Assembly (NCBI RefSeq): GCF_006345805.1
Contig: NW_021832124.1
Coordinates: forward strand, 62,001 to 126,000
DNA length: 64,000 bases
DNA from: Octopus sinensis
Lineage: Eukaryota
Direction of reading: 5' to 3'
Shown here: positions 13,750 to 27,338 of the stretch, piece after piece
Layout: the number at the start of each line of letters is the position of its first letter
Numbering within the stretch: the first letter of the stretch is position 1
Notes under the pieces: generated by a model
Told to the model about the DNA's origin: nothing
What the model saw: the letters and a program-made list of their open reading frames with translations, nothing else
The model's database searches: none
Program-made: the position numbers and the translations under genes

Positions 13750-14720
13750 TCATCCAAAACAAGCCAGGCAATTAGACCACATAATCCAAAGTCATTAAAC
13801 TATCACACCTTAGAGGGGATTATCTGTAATAAACTTTCTCACAGCGACATTAGGAGGGCTGTGGGCTTCATCTCTTCTTATACTCCATTCCAAAAATATC
13901 TTTCTTAAAGTAAAAACAAACATCCAGACGGTTTTCCCGATTTGACTTTAAGCTCTATTGCATTCTCAGACAAATTATTGACTTCCTCTTTCAATGTTTT
14001 TTTCGTTTTAAACTCTTTTCCTCTCAGCAACAGTGAGGAGATTGACTGGCTCAGACCAATCCATCTCAGATGACCAAACTTCCTTGGGTGAATGCTGAAT
14101 ATCCAATTGCCTTGAACACTGCCTGTTACTACCATTTTGACGATTGGCTTGGTGCTGTCCTTTTGACCTCTTACGGTAATTTCACCTTATTTCTTCAAAA
14201 TTGAGTGCGGATAGATTTCCTAGGCACTTTGCGTAAAACAACATTGTCGGAAAAGTTATGTACTTAGCAGGCCTTCATTCTGTCCTAGAATATGTGCAGG
14301 ATCCAAGTAGCTAAATCCTTGGCTCTAGCTATTGAGCGTGCACTAGCCATTTCTCCCCAAGCTGAAGAAAGACAGCCTCGCTCAAATTTGAACATTCAGA
14401 ACATCACCCGAATGGTTAGCAAAAAACTAAAGCAAGGCAACGTACGCAATGCTGTGTGTGCTATCTCCTTAAACTCAACAATCTCCTTCTGACAAATTTC
14501 TCAGCCAACTGCGCACGAAACAACCTCCTTCACCGATTGATTTATCCGAAACTTCAGAATTGATCACTGGATCCGATTATAACGCATATTCCGTATTTCA
14601 GCCGAAGTAAATAGCGCCCTCAGTTCTTTTCCCCTCAGTGGCAGCGGGGGTTATGAAACACACCCACCTGAAAAATTTGCTTTTTACGGTAACTGCTAAG
14701 GAAGGAAGGCACCGTATGGT
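13750..14720 (+). mobile_element. Degenerate CRE-like RT N-terminal region(s) mixed with other debris
   Basis: KLSHSDIRRAV and VSKKLKQGNVRNAVCAIS..HLKNLL resemble CRE KL..GDVRGAVR..HLKDLL. Confidence 0.55.
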
Positions 14721-15032
14721 GGCCATAACATGCATATGTACAATGGGGCTGAAGACTATGCTATGAATATTGGAATACGAATGTCGTGGGTTCAATTTCG
14801 AAGGAAGCAAGTTTGCAGTTGAGGCCAAGTCTTGTCATCGTTCCCTCCCGTGAGGCGACAAGTCTATCTGGCACGACATAGATGTAGAAAGGGGATCTCC
14901 TACCTTCCCTTGATCACATTACCAATGAAAAATCTCCATTATGTAAAACCTTTCTGAAATAGTTAGCAATGACTGTTTGTGCTGGGTTTGCTATGCAAGC
15001 TTGGGGGTTAATAAATAAAATTAAAAAATGTA

Positions 15033-15110
15033 CAGTGGGCAAAAAAAATCATGAAACGCTTTCATATTTTGACTAAATTTAATAATTCTCCTAGAAAATA
15101 ATATTAAATA
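15033..15110. mobile_element. Isolated Tc1 terminus related to the 23106 element
   Basis: TA-cagtgggcaaaaaaaatcatg..ttttgactaaattta resembles the end at 23106. Confidence 0.5.
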
Positions 15111-15779
15111 CTGTAGTTCAAAAAAATTAGAAATATAAGACATTTTAGCTTAATTGTTCAAAAAACTATACTAACTCAAGTTATTTGTACTGTAATAATT
15201 AAAGAGGATTATCTCGGGTGCAATTCCACTTTTCGCCTGAGATTTACTTTTTCTGCAAACGTGACGGCTTTAAAAAAATGTGATGGTGGAATACGCCAAT
15301 TTTAGACGTTTTTAGACGCCCGTTGTTCCCGAAGCGAGTTTATTTTTTAATGCGGACCCAACTGGGTGTGAATGGAGTCTACAAAGGAGCCGCTCTTTCA
15401 GCCGCTCTTACTATTTCCCTTCGGCCTTAAACTTGATGTTAAAAACGCAATCAATTATATTCGACGAGACAATGTGAGTTATCGGAATATGTTAGGTACC
15501 AATAAATGGCTTTCTCGTGGGCTTAAAATCCAAGAAATTCTTTTAGTTCAATGAAATTGGATTAATATTTATTGCTCACACATACTTGAAATTATTCGCT
15601 CACACTCCAAACAGTCTCAGTTGGCTTTATCAACTGGCTCAATGCGTTACCGATTTTGTCAGGCGGTATGTTCCTGGACAACGAATCAGTCCGAATTGGC
15701 ATCTGTATAGGCCTTTATATCGAGATTTGTCTGCCACATCGCTGCAGTTGTGGCAAACTCATCAAAAAAAGAAGATTAC

Positions 15780-16010
15780 CGCTTCAGTGCTGACAAGTTC
15801 CCAAGGCACACTTCCCTAACTGATGTTGTAAGGCTGAATTTCCTTCAGTACTGGAACCAGTTAGGCTAGACAGTGGTGACGGAAACCGTGGTGACAGGTC
15901 TATATTGACTTGCCCTCGTATGAGGTGTAATCTGTGTCGACTCATCGTTCATAGACTCTGTTTTTTGCCTTGGATCTGCCTTCTTGGTGGACACTTGTTG
16001 CTTCATTCCC
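15780..16010 (+). mobile_element. Degenerate CRE-like fragment
   Basis: PSVLEPVRLDSGDG resembles CRE P..LEP..LDRGDGKRPDG. Confidence 0.4.
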
Positions 16011-16439
16011 CTAGCTATCGAAATCAGAGGGGTAATTAGTCTAAAAAATCCTCAGAGATTAATTTAATCATCTCTTTTTTTCATATTTAAAAAAATTATA
16101 TTTTAAAAAAGTTGATAATTAACACTAAAATAATACTTCCGATTTTACTAAAAATTATTTCCACTGTATTTCCTAATTATTCGATACTATCAGCCATGCA
16201 AGAATCAATATTATTACATTTAATATGATAATTAAAAAATTATGTAATATAAAGATATACATGATTAAATAAATAAAAATAAAATACATTTTTCTAATAT
16301 AGTGTAATATTTTTTCAAAAAATACGTATTTATAAATCAAAGAATTTAATTATTATTTATTATATTTATATTAAAAAATAAATATCACATAAATTATTAA
16401 TTATAAATAAATATACACGTGAGTTACTATCGTCTTGTT

Positions 16440-17805
16440 ATGTCGTTCAATCAACTTGTTGGTCTATTTGAAGTCGAAGTAGCCATCCAGCCCAACATTT
16501 GGGTCAAGGGATATGTCAAAAGCATCACTAAGGATACCATTGTAGCCTCATTCGACAAGTAATACCGCTTCTATACCCAAATAGCGGATTATCCACCTCC
16601 AAATACAATTATTCAAGCTGCCGTATTCCAGATGAGAACACAGAGCCACCCACAATAGAAACAGGAGCAGAAATCGAGGTTACTAACCACAAACACCCCT
16701 CAGATATTGGTCGACATGACCGAAGAAAAAGTCAAAGGATGGGCCAAGACAACCGTGGAGGACATCCGCGGAGAGTTCTTCACCGTCCGTAGAATAGGCA
16801 GAGGAATCGACATGAAGCCCTCATATGTCAGAGAAGAGGCCAGAAGACCCTGTTCAAAGTAAATGTCCTTTTCTAACACCCAGTGGTCCAATGAGCCGAG
16901 AAGAGGAACCCCGATATCATTTTTTCAATACAAAAGTGCCCGAGTCACTGAGAGAGAGGTTTATGTGTGAATGATAGGAGTAGTGTAAAGAAGGATGAGT
17001 GTATGGCAGTACTGAAGGAAGGATGTACTAGTCCTGTCAGTCTCCACTACAATGATGCTGACGGATATATAAATATGATTACAAGAAATGTGGGGGATAT
17101 CAATAGAATGATATTTATAATACAAATTCATTTCCGATTTGTGCAGAAGGAGATGAGATTGGACGATCAAATTAAATCATTTCAGTCCCGTTTGTTGAAG
17201 GCTGATGAAGAAATGAGTGGAGTGGTGGTCGACAAGTTTACAGTCGATTCTCAACTACTTCGATATGTTATTGGACAGAATGGAAAGAATATTAAGAAAG
17301 TTCGATCCCTGACTGGGATTGTTGATGTGAGAGTGGAGGATGAGACTAACACTGTCTATATTTATGCTAAGGATGAGACTTTGGCCAAACAAGCAAGAGG
17401 AATGCTCGAGTTTGAGAAGACAGAGTTCAAATTTGATAGAAAATTTGCACGTGAGTGTTTGAGTGGTTATTGTGTTAGCGAGAGTGTTTGGGACTGAAAA
17501 TTCGAATATAAGGAAGGTCGTGGATCGCAGCAATGTGGTTCAGTTGAACGTTTCTGGAGGAGGAAATGTAGTTTTGTGGTGTTATTGTAGGAGCAAGTCG
17601 TGTTGACTATTATTGGAGTTAAGCAATCGGTCGATATGTCGATAGTTATGCTTAATTTTATATTGAAATCTGTTAAGGTTTTGTGTTGTGGGATGAGGCT
17701 TAGTCTATTGAGAGTCAGTTGGAAGAAATTCGATCTGCTAAAAAATTGATGTCGAACGGGAATGGACAAGCTCAGACTAATGGTCTGACAGATGATTCGA
17801 ATTAG
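16440..17805 (+). CDS. FMR1: Fragile X-related RNA-binding protein (tandem Agenet, KH0/KH1/KH2), short C-terminus
   Basis: FEVEVAIQPNIWVKGYVKSITKDTIVASFD, GWAKTTVEDIRGEFFTV, KH1 YVIGQNGKNIKKVRSLTGIVDVRVEDETNTVYIYAKD..ARGMLEF match FMR1/FXR. Introns of 23-28 nt. Confidence 0.9.
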
Positions 17806-18009
17806 TTAGTCTTATTCATTGGCTTCGTTGATTTTCTTATTTTTGTTTATTTCATATTTGTGGGTTTGTTATCTTTCTAATGCTAGTCATTTATACTGCT
17901 TTAAATGAATATTTTTTTCGAGTCTTTTTGGCTTTCTAATAACTGTGTAAGATAGAAATCGTTTATTTAAGTGGTTAATTCGGATGTAAATTGGTTTATT
18001 AAGTTACAA

Positions 18010-18280
18010 TTGACAAGTTGTTTGTCCTTTGTCGACACTCTCTGCCCGTCCAACATTGCCGGGAGCGTAGTTGACCACTGTATTCCGCGGAGAAAACGAC
18101 GAGGGCAGAGGAGAGAAAATATGAAGCGTTGCGAGACCGATTCTCGTTCTGTCCGATTGTGGTTGAGACAACTGGAGGAATAAGTGGGAAATCGCTTTGC
18201 TTCCTAAAGAAGCTTGTACGCTTAGCCACACTAAAAAGCCACGACACACGTGAGACCCGGTGGCCTAAAAGTGCTAATGA
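18010..18280 (+). mobile_element. CRE-like 3' fragment
   Basis: EERKYEALRDRFSFCPIVVETTGGISGKSLCFLKKL..HDTRETRW. Confidence 0.7.
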
Positions 18281-18289
18281 TTGAGAAAA

Positions 18290-18913
18290 CGTTGCCCCCC
18301 ATGAAGATTCTTGAATAAAGATTCTTTAAAACAGCTATTGCTTCTTCCGAGACTCTCGTCGTCTTCTGACGATAAGTTGTTCAATTCTCCTAACGAATTC
18401 CAGAGATTTGTTGGTCATTGCTCCAGACTTTTCTAAAGAGACTGGGGAAATGAACACGTTCTTTGTAAGTTAAAGTATTTCGAGGTTTTAAGTTCTTCAG
18501 CCTTTATAGCGGCTGACTCTGGGCTGATTGCCGAGTCGAGCAGATTCGTTTTCGACAAGGCGTCCGTAGACTCCCACATTGACTCCATCAGGGCGTTCTC
18601 GTCTCCACGGTCAAGCTCCACACGTTCCAGTTCGGTAGGGAATCCAGCAGGTTATAACGCAGCCGAAATGATCTCGTTGATGGAGGAGTGTTTGGATCCA
18701 CGTTTAGCACTTCTGAATGAAAGGGGGTATAATCATTTGAATCGACTTTACTGCCACATCGGAATTGGCCTCCCGATTAACCGGTCCTCTTCCAATCCGC
18801 GAGAGTCACGTAGGATTTTGGTGATGAAGGCGTGGGAATTGGCGCGTGAGGCGAGAAAGACGGGGAGTGCCATGTCCAGCGCCGAAAATAGTCCAACTCC
18901 ACCAAGGCGCTGA
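18290..18913 (-). mobile_element. CRE-like 3' fragment, tail-to-tail with the previous copy
   Basis: GGVGLFSALDMALPVFLAS, HSSINEII..AGFPTELE..LDRGD, AAIKAEELKTSKY. Confidence 0.75.
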
Positions 18914-19229
18914 GATAATTTGCAAAAAGTCCATCCATCTGCATATGTTTAGAATTTTGTGTTTGAAGTTACAATTTGTTTGATTTCTAAGAGTTTTTGT
19001 CGGTTTTGTATATCTTAATCATTTTTTAGCTTATTTGGTTAATTATAGGTTTCCGAATGTCCGTAAACGTATTAAAAAGTAGAAAAATCATTCAATAAAA
19101 TCGTGCATTTAACCCCGAATGCGAAAAAAAAATTTTCGCTCTGATGAAAATAGCAACTCACATTTCCTGATTTGTTATTTATTATGTATAAAACGTGCGT
19201 TTAAATTTACAGCTAATTAATGATACAAT

Positions 19230-19660
19230 TTCTATGAGAATTGAAAACACATCTGAAGATCTGTATCTGTTCTACTATACAACTCGTCAACATGGGGGAT
19301 CTCGGACACTGAACTGAAGACTTTAGACTCTTTTCACCGTAAACAACTACGTCTCTTACACGGAATACACTGGCCATCAAAAATTAACAATCTATCTCTG
19401 TATAAACATTACGATGCTACGCAGTTGTCTCAAGAAATCGTTGGAGGCCGGTGGAAATTATTTTGCCACATTTTGCGAATAAACCCCAAAGCTCCGGCCA
19501 ATCGGCTGGAAAGAGATCTCAAACTTCATGGCAAAAGTTTCAAAAACTGGGACGACCTAGAATCTTTGCGGAATCTCGCCCGCAACAGAGGGGCATGGAC
19601 GAGGATGGTCCAGAAGATTGTTTCGCTTCTGACACGTGTGGGGTTATAACTTTGTTTATG
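19230..19660 (+). mobile_element. RTE-like LINE 3' fragment
   Basis: LLYNSSTWG..LDSFHRKQLR..WP..I.N..LY..RWKLFCHILR..ARNRGAW. Confidence 0.7.
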
Positions 19661-19729
19661 TTCCTACGGAATGTGTTATAATAATATCTGAAGATCTGGA
19701 ATGTTAGCTATTCACTGATTCCAATTTTT

Positions 19730-20200
19730 TTTGTACACTATTTCATTGCTCTTGACAAAGCTACAGATATTACTGATATAGAGAAAATAGTTGTGTTTAT
19801 TAGGAGTGTCATCCTGACTTTAACCAAGAAGATGAATCATATGAAAAAATACCTGCGCACTAGTACATTAATCGGTGAATTAGAAACATGTTTTAATGAT
19901 TTTTAAAAAGCTCTACCTATTAAGAAAATATTTTTGACACCGATGGAAACATACGGTGCAATTGTTTCATACGTATATTAAAACAGAGCTACTTGAAATG
20001 CAATCAGATTCACAAATTACCGCAGTATTTAAATCGATTGATTTTTAAATCGAATTTCACAATGGAAATATTGCAACTTGGTCGTGAATGCTCCAAAAAT
20101 GCATCACTCTTAAGATCAACGAAGCGCTTTTCAACAAACCTATCCGAATAAAAAGTATTAATTGACTGATGAAATACTTTTACTCACATCGGCTTGAAAA
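19730..20200 (+). mobile_element. hAT (SPIN/Charlie-like) transposase remnant
   Basis: FIALDKATDITD..VVFIRSV (cf. SLALDESTD..IFIRGV) plus degenerate C-terminal pieces. Confidence 0.55.
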
Positions 20201-20554
20201 TTTACTATTTTTTCGACAAAATAATAGACGCCGAGCAAAATCAAGTCTCACATTTATTCTCCTTCTTTTCTTGAATGACATAAAATATTTTTTTGCAGCC
20301 TCCAAATAAACACTTGATTATCGATCTGGGGCTTAAAGTAACAAATTGATCAAGCCTGTTATATTTTATTGATCACGTGCTAGACATGCAAGAATAGATA
20401 ATATTAATTTTCTCAAAAAACTTGTGAATTATCTCACAAAACGAAACATTTCAATATGCCTGACAAAATCACACTTATAATTTTTATATTAAGGATATCA
20501 GTCTAATGTGCCTATATACGATTATAGACAAATATTCAACTGATTTATCTACAG

Positions 20555-21498
20555 CAGCGGTTCTCAACCGTGGTCCCCAGAAAATTTTTAGTGGTCCCCA
20601 GGAATTTTCGAAAAATAAAAATATATTAAAGTTAAAACTAATTGTACAATCTTTAAAGCTTTTAAAATATTCTGCCCTCTCGGAGAAGTTTTCCGTGGTG
20701 CCGATCGCGGCTGAGACGTCGGGTGCTCTCGGTCCAAAAACTGAAAAGTTCCTTCGCAAGCTCGGAGCCAAAATCTCAATGCGCACCCATGATCCTCGGG
20801 AGGCGAACTGGCTAATGCAACGGCTCTCGATTGCCATTATCCGGGGAAACAGTTTGGCAATCCGCCAGGCTACATATCCACCATAAACATAATTCTATCT
20901 TTTCATTGATTATTATTGATTAAATTGTACAATTAAGTATAAATCAAAAACATTGAAATTAATCAAGCGGTTCTCAATCGTGGTCCCCAGAAAATTTTTA
21001 GTGGTCCCCAGGAATTTTCGAAAAATAACAATATATTAAATTTAAAACTAATTGTACAATTAAGTATAAATCAAAAACATTGAAATTAATCTGATTTGAT
21101 TAGCGTGGTTTATCATTCTAGTTATGGTTAACAAGAATCGTCGTCTTTGGTCGGATTCTTACGTACAATTTGGATTCACTAAATTCATTGCCCCAAATAA
21201 TGAAATAAAGGCAAAATGCATGATTTGCCATAAAATTTTGGGAAACAATTCACTGAAACCTTCTCAAACAAGAACAAACAAGATCAGAAATCTTACTAAA
21301 TTACTATTAAATTTTCTGTTATTTTCATAATGTTCATGTTATTTTTATAATAAATATTCGAACATGTCTAAACCTGGCCCTGACGAGGCCAAAAATTGTG
21401 CGCTAATACCAAAAAATGTTTATTTTATTTAGGGTGGTCCTCACAAAATTTTATAGTGCAAAAGTGGTCCCCAGTCTAAAAAAGGTTGAGAACCGCTG
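20555..21498 (+). mobile_element. Non-autonomous hAT element with duplicated left end and BED-finger remnant
   Basis: 15-bp TIR cagcggttctcaacc / ggttgagaaccgctg; 8-bp TSD atctacag (20547-20554, 21499-21506); ORF RRLWSDSYVQFGF..CMICHKILGNNSLKPS. Confidence 0.9.
20651..20922 (+). mobile_element. 5'-truncated CRE-like insertion
   Basis: FSVVPIAAETSGALG..DPREANWLMQRLSIAIIRGNSLAI; 11-bp TSD aattgtacaat (20640-20650, 20923-20933). Confidence 0.9.
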
Positions 21499-21594
21499 AT
21501 CTACAGCATGATCTTAAATTATTTATGATAATAAATAAGAATCTAGTTAATTAAGTAAATTTTATTTTAAACGTTAAATATTTTATTGAAGTGA

Positions 21595-22590
21595 ATGGTA
21601 CTTATTTTTGTGGTAACATATTTTTTAGTCAGTCAGAAAAGAGTTATCTGGAACTTCCTCTCTACGCGAAATGTATAAACTTAAAACTAAAATTAGAATA
21701 CTCCGAGAATGTTCAAAATCTCCAGAAGGAGTAAGTCACACACTATTTGAGCAAATTGTGGGGACAAAAGACTTAACCTCATTTGTAAACGAAATAAACA
21801 AACTCACGATGGAAAACAAAATTGAAATTTCCATGAACGATGGAGTAATTATATATAAAACACCAAAAACCGATTCAAAATTGTATTCCACCCTCTAAAC
21901 CCATCAGAACTCCCGGAATGTCAGAAACCGACTACAAACTGCTCGATTTGCTCACAAAAGCCGAATCTGCTGGTTTTTGATAAAAATAACTTCAGGCCTG
22001 ACCCTACGAGAGATCAAGTCTCAGGCAAGAAGTTGTCGTCCACGGGAGATTCAGGCCTCCCTCAGGAACCTGACAGGCAAAAGTTTAATAAAAGCAGTTT
22101 TTTCCAACTTGGTTTGTATATTTTTGTTATTTTAAGAAAAGGGAAAAGATTTTTGTTTTGGAGGAATACGCGGATTCTCATCTCGCTGGAGGAGACTATT
22201 TTCGGAGTTCGGAAGATTGGAGTATCAATCAGGCATTGCTTGATACTGTAAAAAACCATTGCCTTGATTTTTGTGTAAGCAAAAAAGAAAATGCGGTAAT
22301 TTTGGGTTTTCAAATTTCCAAGAAAAATGAAGAAAGTTTGTTTTTTGATGCACAGGAATTGACTTTGTGGATTAACCGTCGGCATTTTATGGTTAAAAAG
22401 GGGGTTTATTGGTTAGAATATTTCCTCATTGGATGTTGCGAGGGTTTTGAACACTCTGTGCTATGAGAAGAAGGTCGGGATACGCGGATCTCTTAAAGAC
22501 AGGGATATCAAGTACTGTCCTGTTGAGGAAGGGATTCGTTTTTCTGCTGAGAATTTGCCTTACTGTGAGTGCAAGGTTGGGATGCAGTGA
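21595..22590 (+). CDS. POLR3F: RNA polymerase III subunit RPC6/C39-like, multi-exon
   Basis: Winged-helix-like YKLLDLLTKAESA|GLTLREIK..IQASLRNLTGKSLIKAV..GGDYF (cf. GIWSRDIR..INKILKNLESKKLIKAV..GGAWY); C-terminal CPV/CEC. Confidence 0.65.
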
Positions 22591-23105
22591 TCGACAGTAG
22601 AATTGTTTGAGAATTGAAACAGAGAGAGATGAAACGTGCTTGCTTGCTCGGATATTTCTTTAATGATTTTTTATTTATCACTTTTGTAAGAATTTCATTT
22701 TGGTTATCGATTTTATCACTGTCGAAAACATATAAAAGTCAATTAAGGTTTCCTTTGCACTAATCGTATTCAAAAGCCTCTCCGTTTTGCAAGATCTTTT
22801 AGTTCATTGTTTTCAGCTGGCTGCTTGTTGCTTTTAGGTCCTCATTTAGCGTGATAGGTAAGGTATTTCTAGGCTTTTTTCGGAATGATTTTGTTTTTTC
22901 ACAAAATATGCATTTATTATGCGATTTGTTGGGACCGAACAGTCACCATCTAGATCTTCTGATATTGGATCTGTTTTGCTCAACTTATATAATTGTTTGA
23001 TTTTGATTTTGTAGTGAATATCAAGGCCTTCCTAAGCATACTGCGGTCGAAACTGTCAATAAACTCCATTGCCCGTTCAGACAAACCCCATGTCCTACAG
23101 TTATA

Positions 23106-24740
23106 CAGTGGGGCAAAAAAGTCATGGCACCTTTGCAAATTTTGACTAAATTTAACAATTCTTTGCAAAAAAATTATTAAATACATTACTTTAAAAAATA
23201 AATTAGTAATATAGAACTTTTTAGATAAATTATTTAAAAAACTATCTTAAAGGGAATTATTAATATTGCACTAATTAACGATTTATTTTTAAAAGTCAAT
23301 TTTTGAGGGAAAAAAGTAATGCCACAAAATCCAATTAATATTTAGTTGCATTCCCTTTTGCTAGCAGAACTGCTTCCAATCGTTTTTTGTAAGAAAAAAT
23401 TCGTTTTTGACATTCTACTTTAGAAATATTTTTCTATTCTTCGTAGCAAATTGTTTTTAATTCCTGGATATTTTTTGGTTTTCTTAAGCCAACTTTTATT
23501 TTTAATATTTTCCATAAGTTTTCGATGGGATTCAGGTCTGGCGATTGACTTGGCCATTCCAAAACATTTATTTTGTTTTTTTCTAACCATTAACGGTTAC
23601 TTTTGACTTGTGCTTAGGATCGTTGTCATGCTGGAATGTCCAATGTTGTGTCAAATTTAAGTTCGCGACCGAAGGTAAAAGACATTTTTTCAAAATTTCG
23701 CAATATTTAAGAGAATTCATCATTCCATCAATTACAAAAGTTCACCAACACCTGTTGATGAAAAACAACCCCACAACATGATACTACCTCCCCCGTGCTT
23801 TACGGTAGGTATGGTGCATTTTGGGATATACGCCTGATTTGATTTGCGCCAAATTGAAAGCGTGTAGTTCAGTCCGAAAAGTTGTATTTTTGATTCGTCC
23901 GACCACAAAATATTGTTTATGAATTCATTTTCTTTGTTCAAAAGATTTTTTGCATATTGGATTCGCGCTGAAAGGTGTATTTTCTTTAATAACGGAACTC
24001 GACGGGGCCTTCGCTTATTGATACCTTCTTTGCGTAGTGTAGAAGTGATTGTACGAAGGGACACTCTCGTTCCTGTGATTTTTAAATTATCGGCCAATTC
24101 TTTTCGAGTTATTTTTTGGTTTGAAGTAACTAATCTTTTCATTAATGAAGAAGAACGCAGAGATATTTTTTTTGGAGCACCCGATCTTGGTTTATTAATA
24201 ACAGTTCCGCGTTGCTTCCATCGAGTAATAATATTTCGAACAGTACTTTTTGGTAATATCAACAATTTAGAATCTCTCCATAACTTTTACCGTTTTGGTG
24301 GGCAGTTACAACTCGTTGTTTTGGTCCAAAAAATGCTCTTTCCTCATCGACGAGATAATTTTAATAAAAGGCGAAAAATAAAAGTATATTTATACTAATC
24401 GGAATCTACTAATCAATTATATTAATAGAACTAAGAATCAATTATTTCAAAGAAAAAACAAGGCACCAAAAGATAATCATTTGTATCTTATTGTCAAAAA
24501 AATCCATATTTTTTGATAGTGTCATCACTTTTTTACACATCAAATTGACGTTTTTCTAAATATGAAGCAAAAACAATTATATTTATTTGAAATTCATGAA
24601 TATAATTAGCGCGAAATGGGTTCAAAAGAATGCAAGATTTTATTGTGTAGCATGATGAACTAAATCGAAAAAGTTATCATTGTAAAAATATATTGAATTA
24701 AAAAAAATGATAGGTGTGCCATGACTTATTTGCCCCACTG
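23106..24740 (-). mobile_element. Full-length Tc1 DNA transposon with frameshifted transposase
   Basis: TIR cagtggggcaaa(a/t)aagtcatggcac at both ends with TA flanks; [44 protein letters not shown]; one frameshift plus stops. Confidence 0.95.
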
Positions 24741-25374
24741 TATATCCGGATGGGCACAAAAAAGTATTTGATATTGCTATAAAAATAGTCAAAATTGGTT
24801 TACTTGAATTGTGTTGAGTTTTGAGTAGTCTTGTGAACTTATTGTAAAATATAATAAATGTCGAGTCATTTTGTCAATTTTTTTATTTGACAGAGTAAAT
24901 TATCGAATTAGTTTTCAGAGCAGTACTCGGCTTCAACAACGCGTTAAAAAGAACTATTGGAGAAAGCCCGTTTGTCTGCGGATTACCAGTCTTTATACAT
25001 GAGGACAAATTTAGCTAGGCCAGAGCTTGTGTGACTTAATAATCTCTGGAATTGGAAATATGATGATTTTTTTCAAATAAACTAATCAATTTAGTAAAGT
25101 TGACTGTGTCAAGCTCATGCGATGCGATGGCGCTGAATGCATCAAAAAAAACCGTCAGACTCTCTACCTTCCGGGGTGGCCTGACAATTTTCCCATCTTC
25201 TTTTTATAACTTATAGTTGACAATATTGAACCTTGACTCTGAACTAATTATTTTAAAACTAAATGTCAACTGAATCGGCATTAAAGTGCCAGAACTATGC
25301 TTTCTTAAACAAAGAACTGAATATTATCAAAAACGATATTATAATCACAAATGTTTCAGTATATGTATCTACTT

Positions 25375-27230
25375 CAGGTTTTCTCAACCGGGGACGAAAA
25401 TTTTGTACAGGGAGGCGATAATTAGGTCAAAGGGAGGCGATGATATATTTAATATTCGAATTTAAATATAATACAAGTATTTATACATGTTAATTTTAAT
25501 AATGTTTCAGATTTATTAATATTTCTTGTATAGTGTTTATCCTTAAATTTTATATTCAAAATAGCATTTGTTTTTACATTCTTGTTTTTTTAACATATTA
25601 CTCTTTTTATTAAAAGACAGTTAGAAAAGGGAGAAGGATTGTTTAAGACTACGTAAATTAGGGCGCCCTCCCGGCCTCACGGATTGCGAACCGGTTGCCG
25701 CGGATTACTGTAATGGAGAGGCGTCGAAGAAGCCAAAAGGATTCTCTCGGGTCGCCCCTCCTTTTGGCGATTCTTCTCCCCAAACCGCATAGGAAACAAA
25801 GCGACTTGCAGCCGAAGACCACAGAGGGTCCAACGGCGATGGGCGTGAAAACGAAGCTGGAGAGGTGACCGTATTTTAGGATTTTGAGATTTTCGACACG
25901 ATTGGAAGCAAAGCCTGGGTCGACGGCCGATATGGCTAGGTTCCCATTGGAGAATGTGTCACAGCAGGTAGAATCCCATATAAAGGATTTTCCCTGCTTA
26001 AAGGAGAATTTAGTAGTCAGGGCGTTTTCCGTCATTTCTGTCCAAATCGACAGGTTCGAGGGAACACTTCACGATGTCGTACAGTTAACTGTGGCGGCCT
26101 GCACTGCGGGCGCAGGAGAGGGGATGTAACCCGAACTCGTCTACAGTTCCGCCACAGCGACATTTGTGGGCCTGACATATTTTGAGCCCGAAACGTAAGG
26201 AGATGAGGATTCTTAGGCACTCAGAGTCCAGGAGGTTCCCAGTTAAAAGGGAGGGGGAAGGCATCAATCCAAGCACCGCTGCCTGGGTGACAGCCTGCAC
26301 GAAGGCAGGCGAGCCTGTGTTGATTAAGTTTCGGAGTGAGTTCTTCGTACAAAGACCGACATACAATCTCGTCCCACTGCCGCTGGTTGTCCTCGGACTC
26401 AGGCCGCCTCAAATCAAACCAAGCCTTACATAAGAGACCTGCCGCGACGAAATCTGGAGACACTTTTAACATTTATTTGTAGTTGTGGGTGCGCAGATCG
26501 CTTCTTATAAAATTGTTGAAATTATTGCGAAAACTTCCAGTTCTCATATTATCGCAGAAAATGTAATAATTTCATTACTGGAAGTTATAATATCGGATGT
26601 AATCCATCAAGATGCTTCTAAAATTATTCAAAGTCTACCTCTTGGCAATGATTCGATTCGTCGAAGAATTGATGAATTGATGAAATGGATGATATTGAAA
26701 GACTGAAGCGAAGTAAATTTTCTTTACAAATTGATGAAAGCGTCATTGTAGATAGTAAAGGTGTTTTAATTGGATTTGTGAGGTTATTTTCGAATTTTTA
26801 ATACAATTTAGATATTTTGAAAATGAATGTGTATTAAATGAGAATTTATGTTTGTCGAATTATTGGAAACCTTTACAACTGGAATGTCAATATATTCCGT
26901 AGTCCAAGAAGAGATAATTGAAATATAATGAAGAATATATTCACAGATTTCAACAGGATGGTATCTCTAAATTTTGGTAATCAAAAGATCTACAAATTAA
27001 ATTTCCAAATTTATGGAAGAAAATGAGAAATGTACTATTGGCATTCCATACCACTTATTTAGTTGATCATAATTTTTAATAAAAATTCAATTTTTACATT
27101 TGATTTATTGTTTTATATTTTGATTTTTGAGTTATATACAAAAAAAACAACCAATTAAGATGCACAAAAATTTTTAAATTGTATGTGAACAAGGGGGCGA
27201 TAAAATATCTAAGGGGGCAAAGTGAATTTT
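25375..27230 (+). mobile_element. hAT (Buster/Charlie-like) remnant; right end not recognisable
   Basis: Left TIR-like caggttttctcaacc; ASYKIVEIIAK..LPLGNDSIRRRIDEL; FSLQIDES. Confidence 0.7.
25597..26463 (-). mobile_element. 5'-truncated CRE-like insertion inside hAT remnant
   Basis: GAWIDAFP, CRCGGTVDEFGLHPLSCARSAGRHS, WDSTCCDT, GDPRESFWLLRRLSITVIRGN; probable TSD ttttaacat. Confidence 0.9.
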
Positions 27231-27338
27231 ACTTTGTGGGAGGAAGATTCTTTTTTGAAACAAATTTTTAATTAATTACGTTATATGAAACGTTTTGATT
27301 TATACATTCTTCGTTTTGATTTATGTAAAGTATATTTG

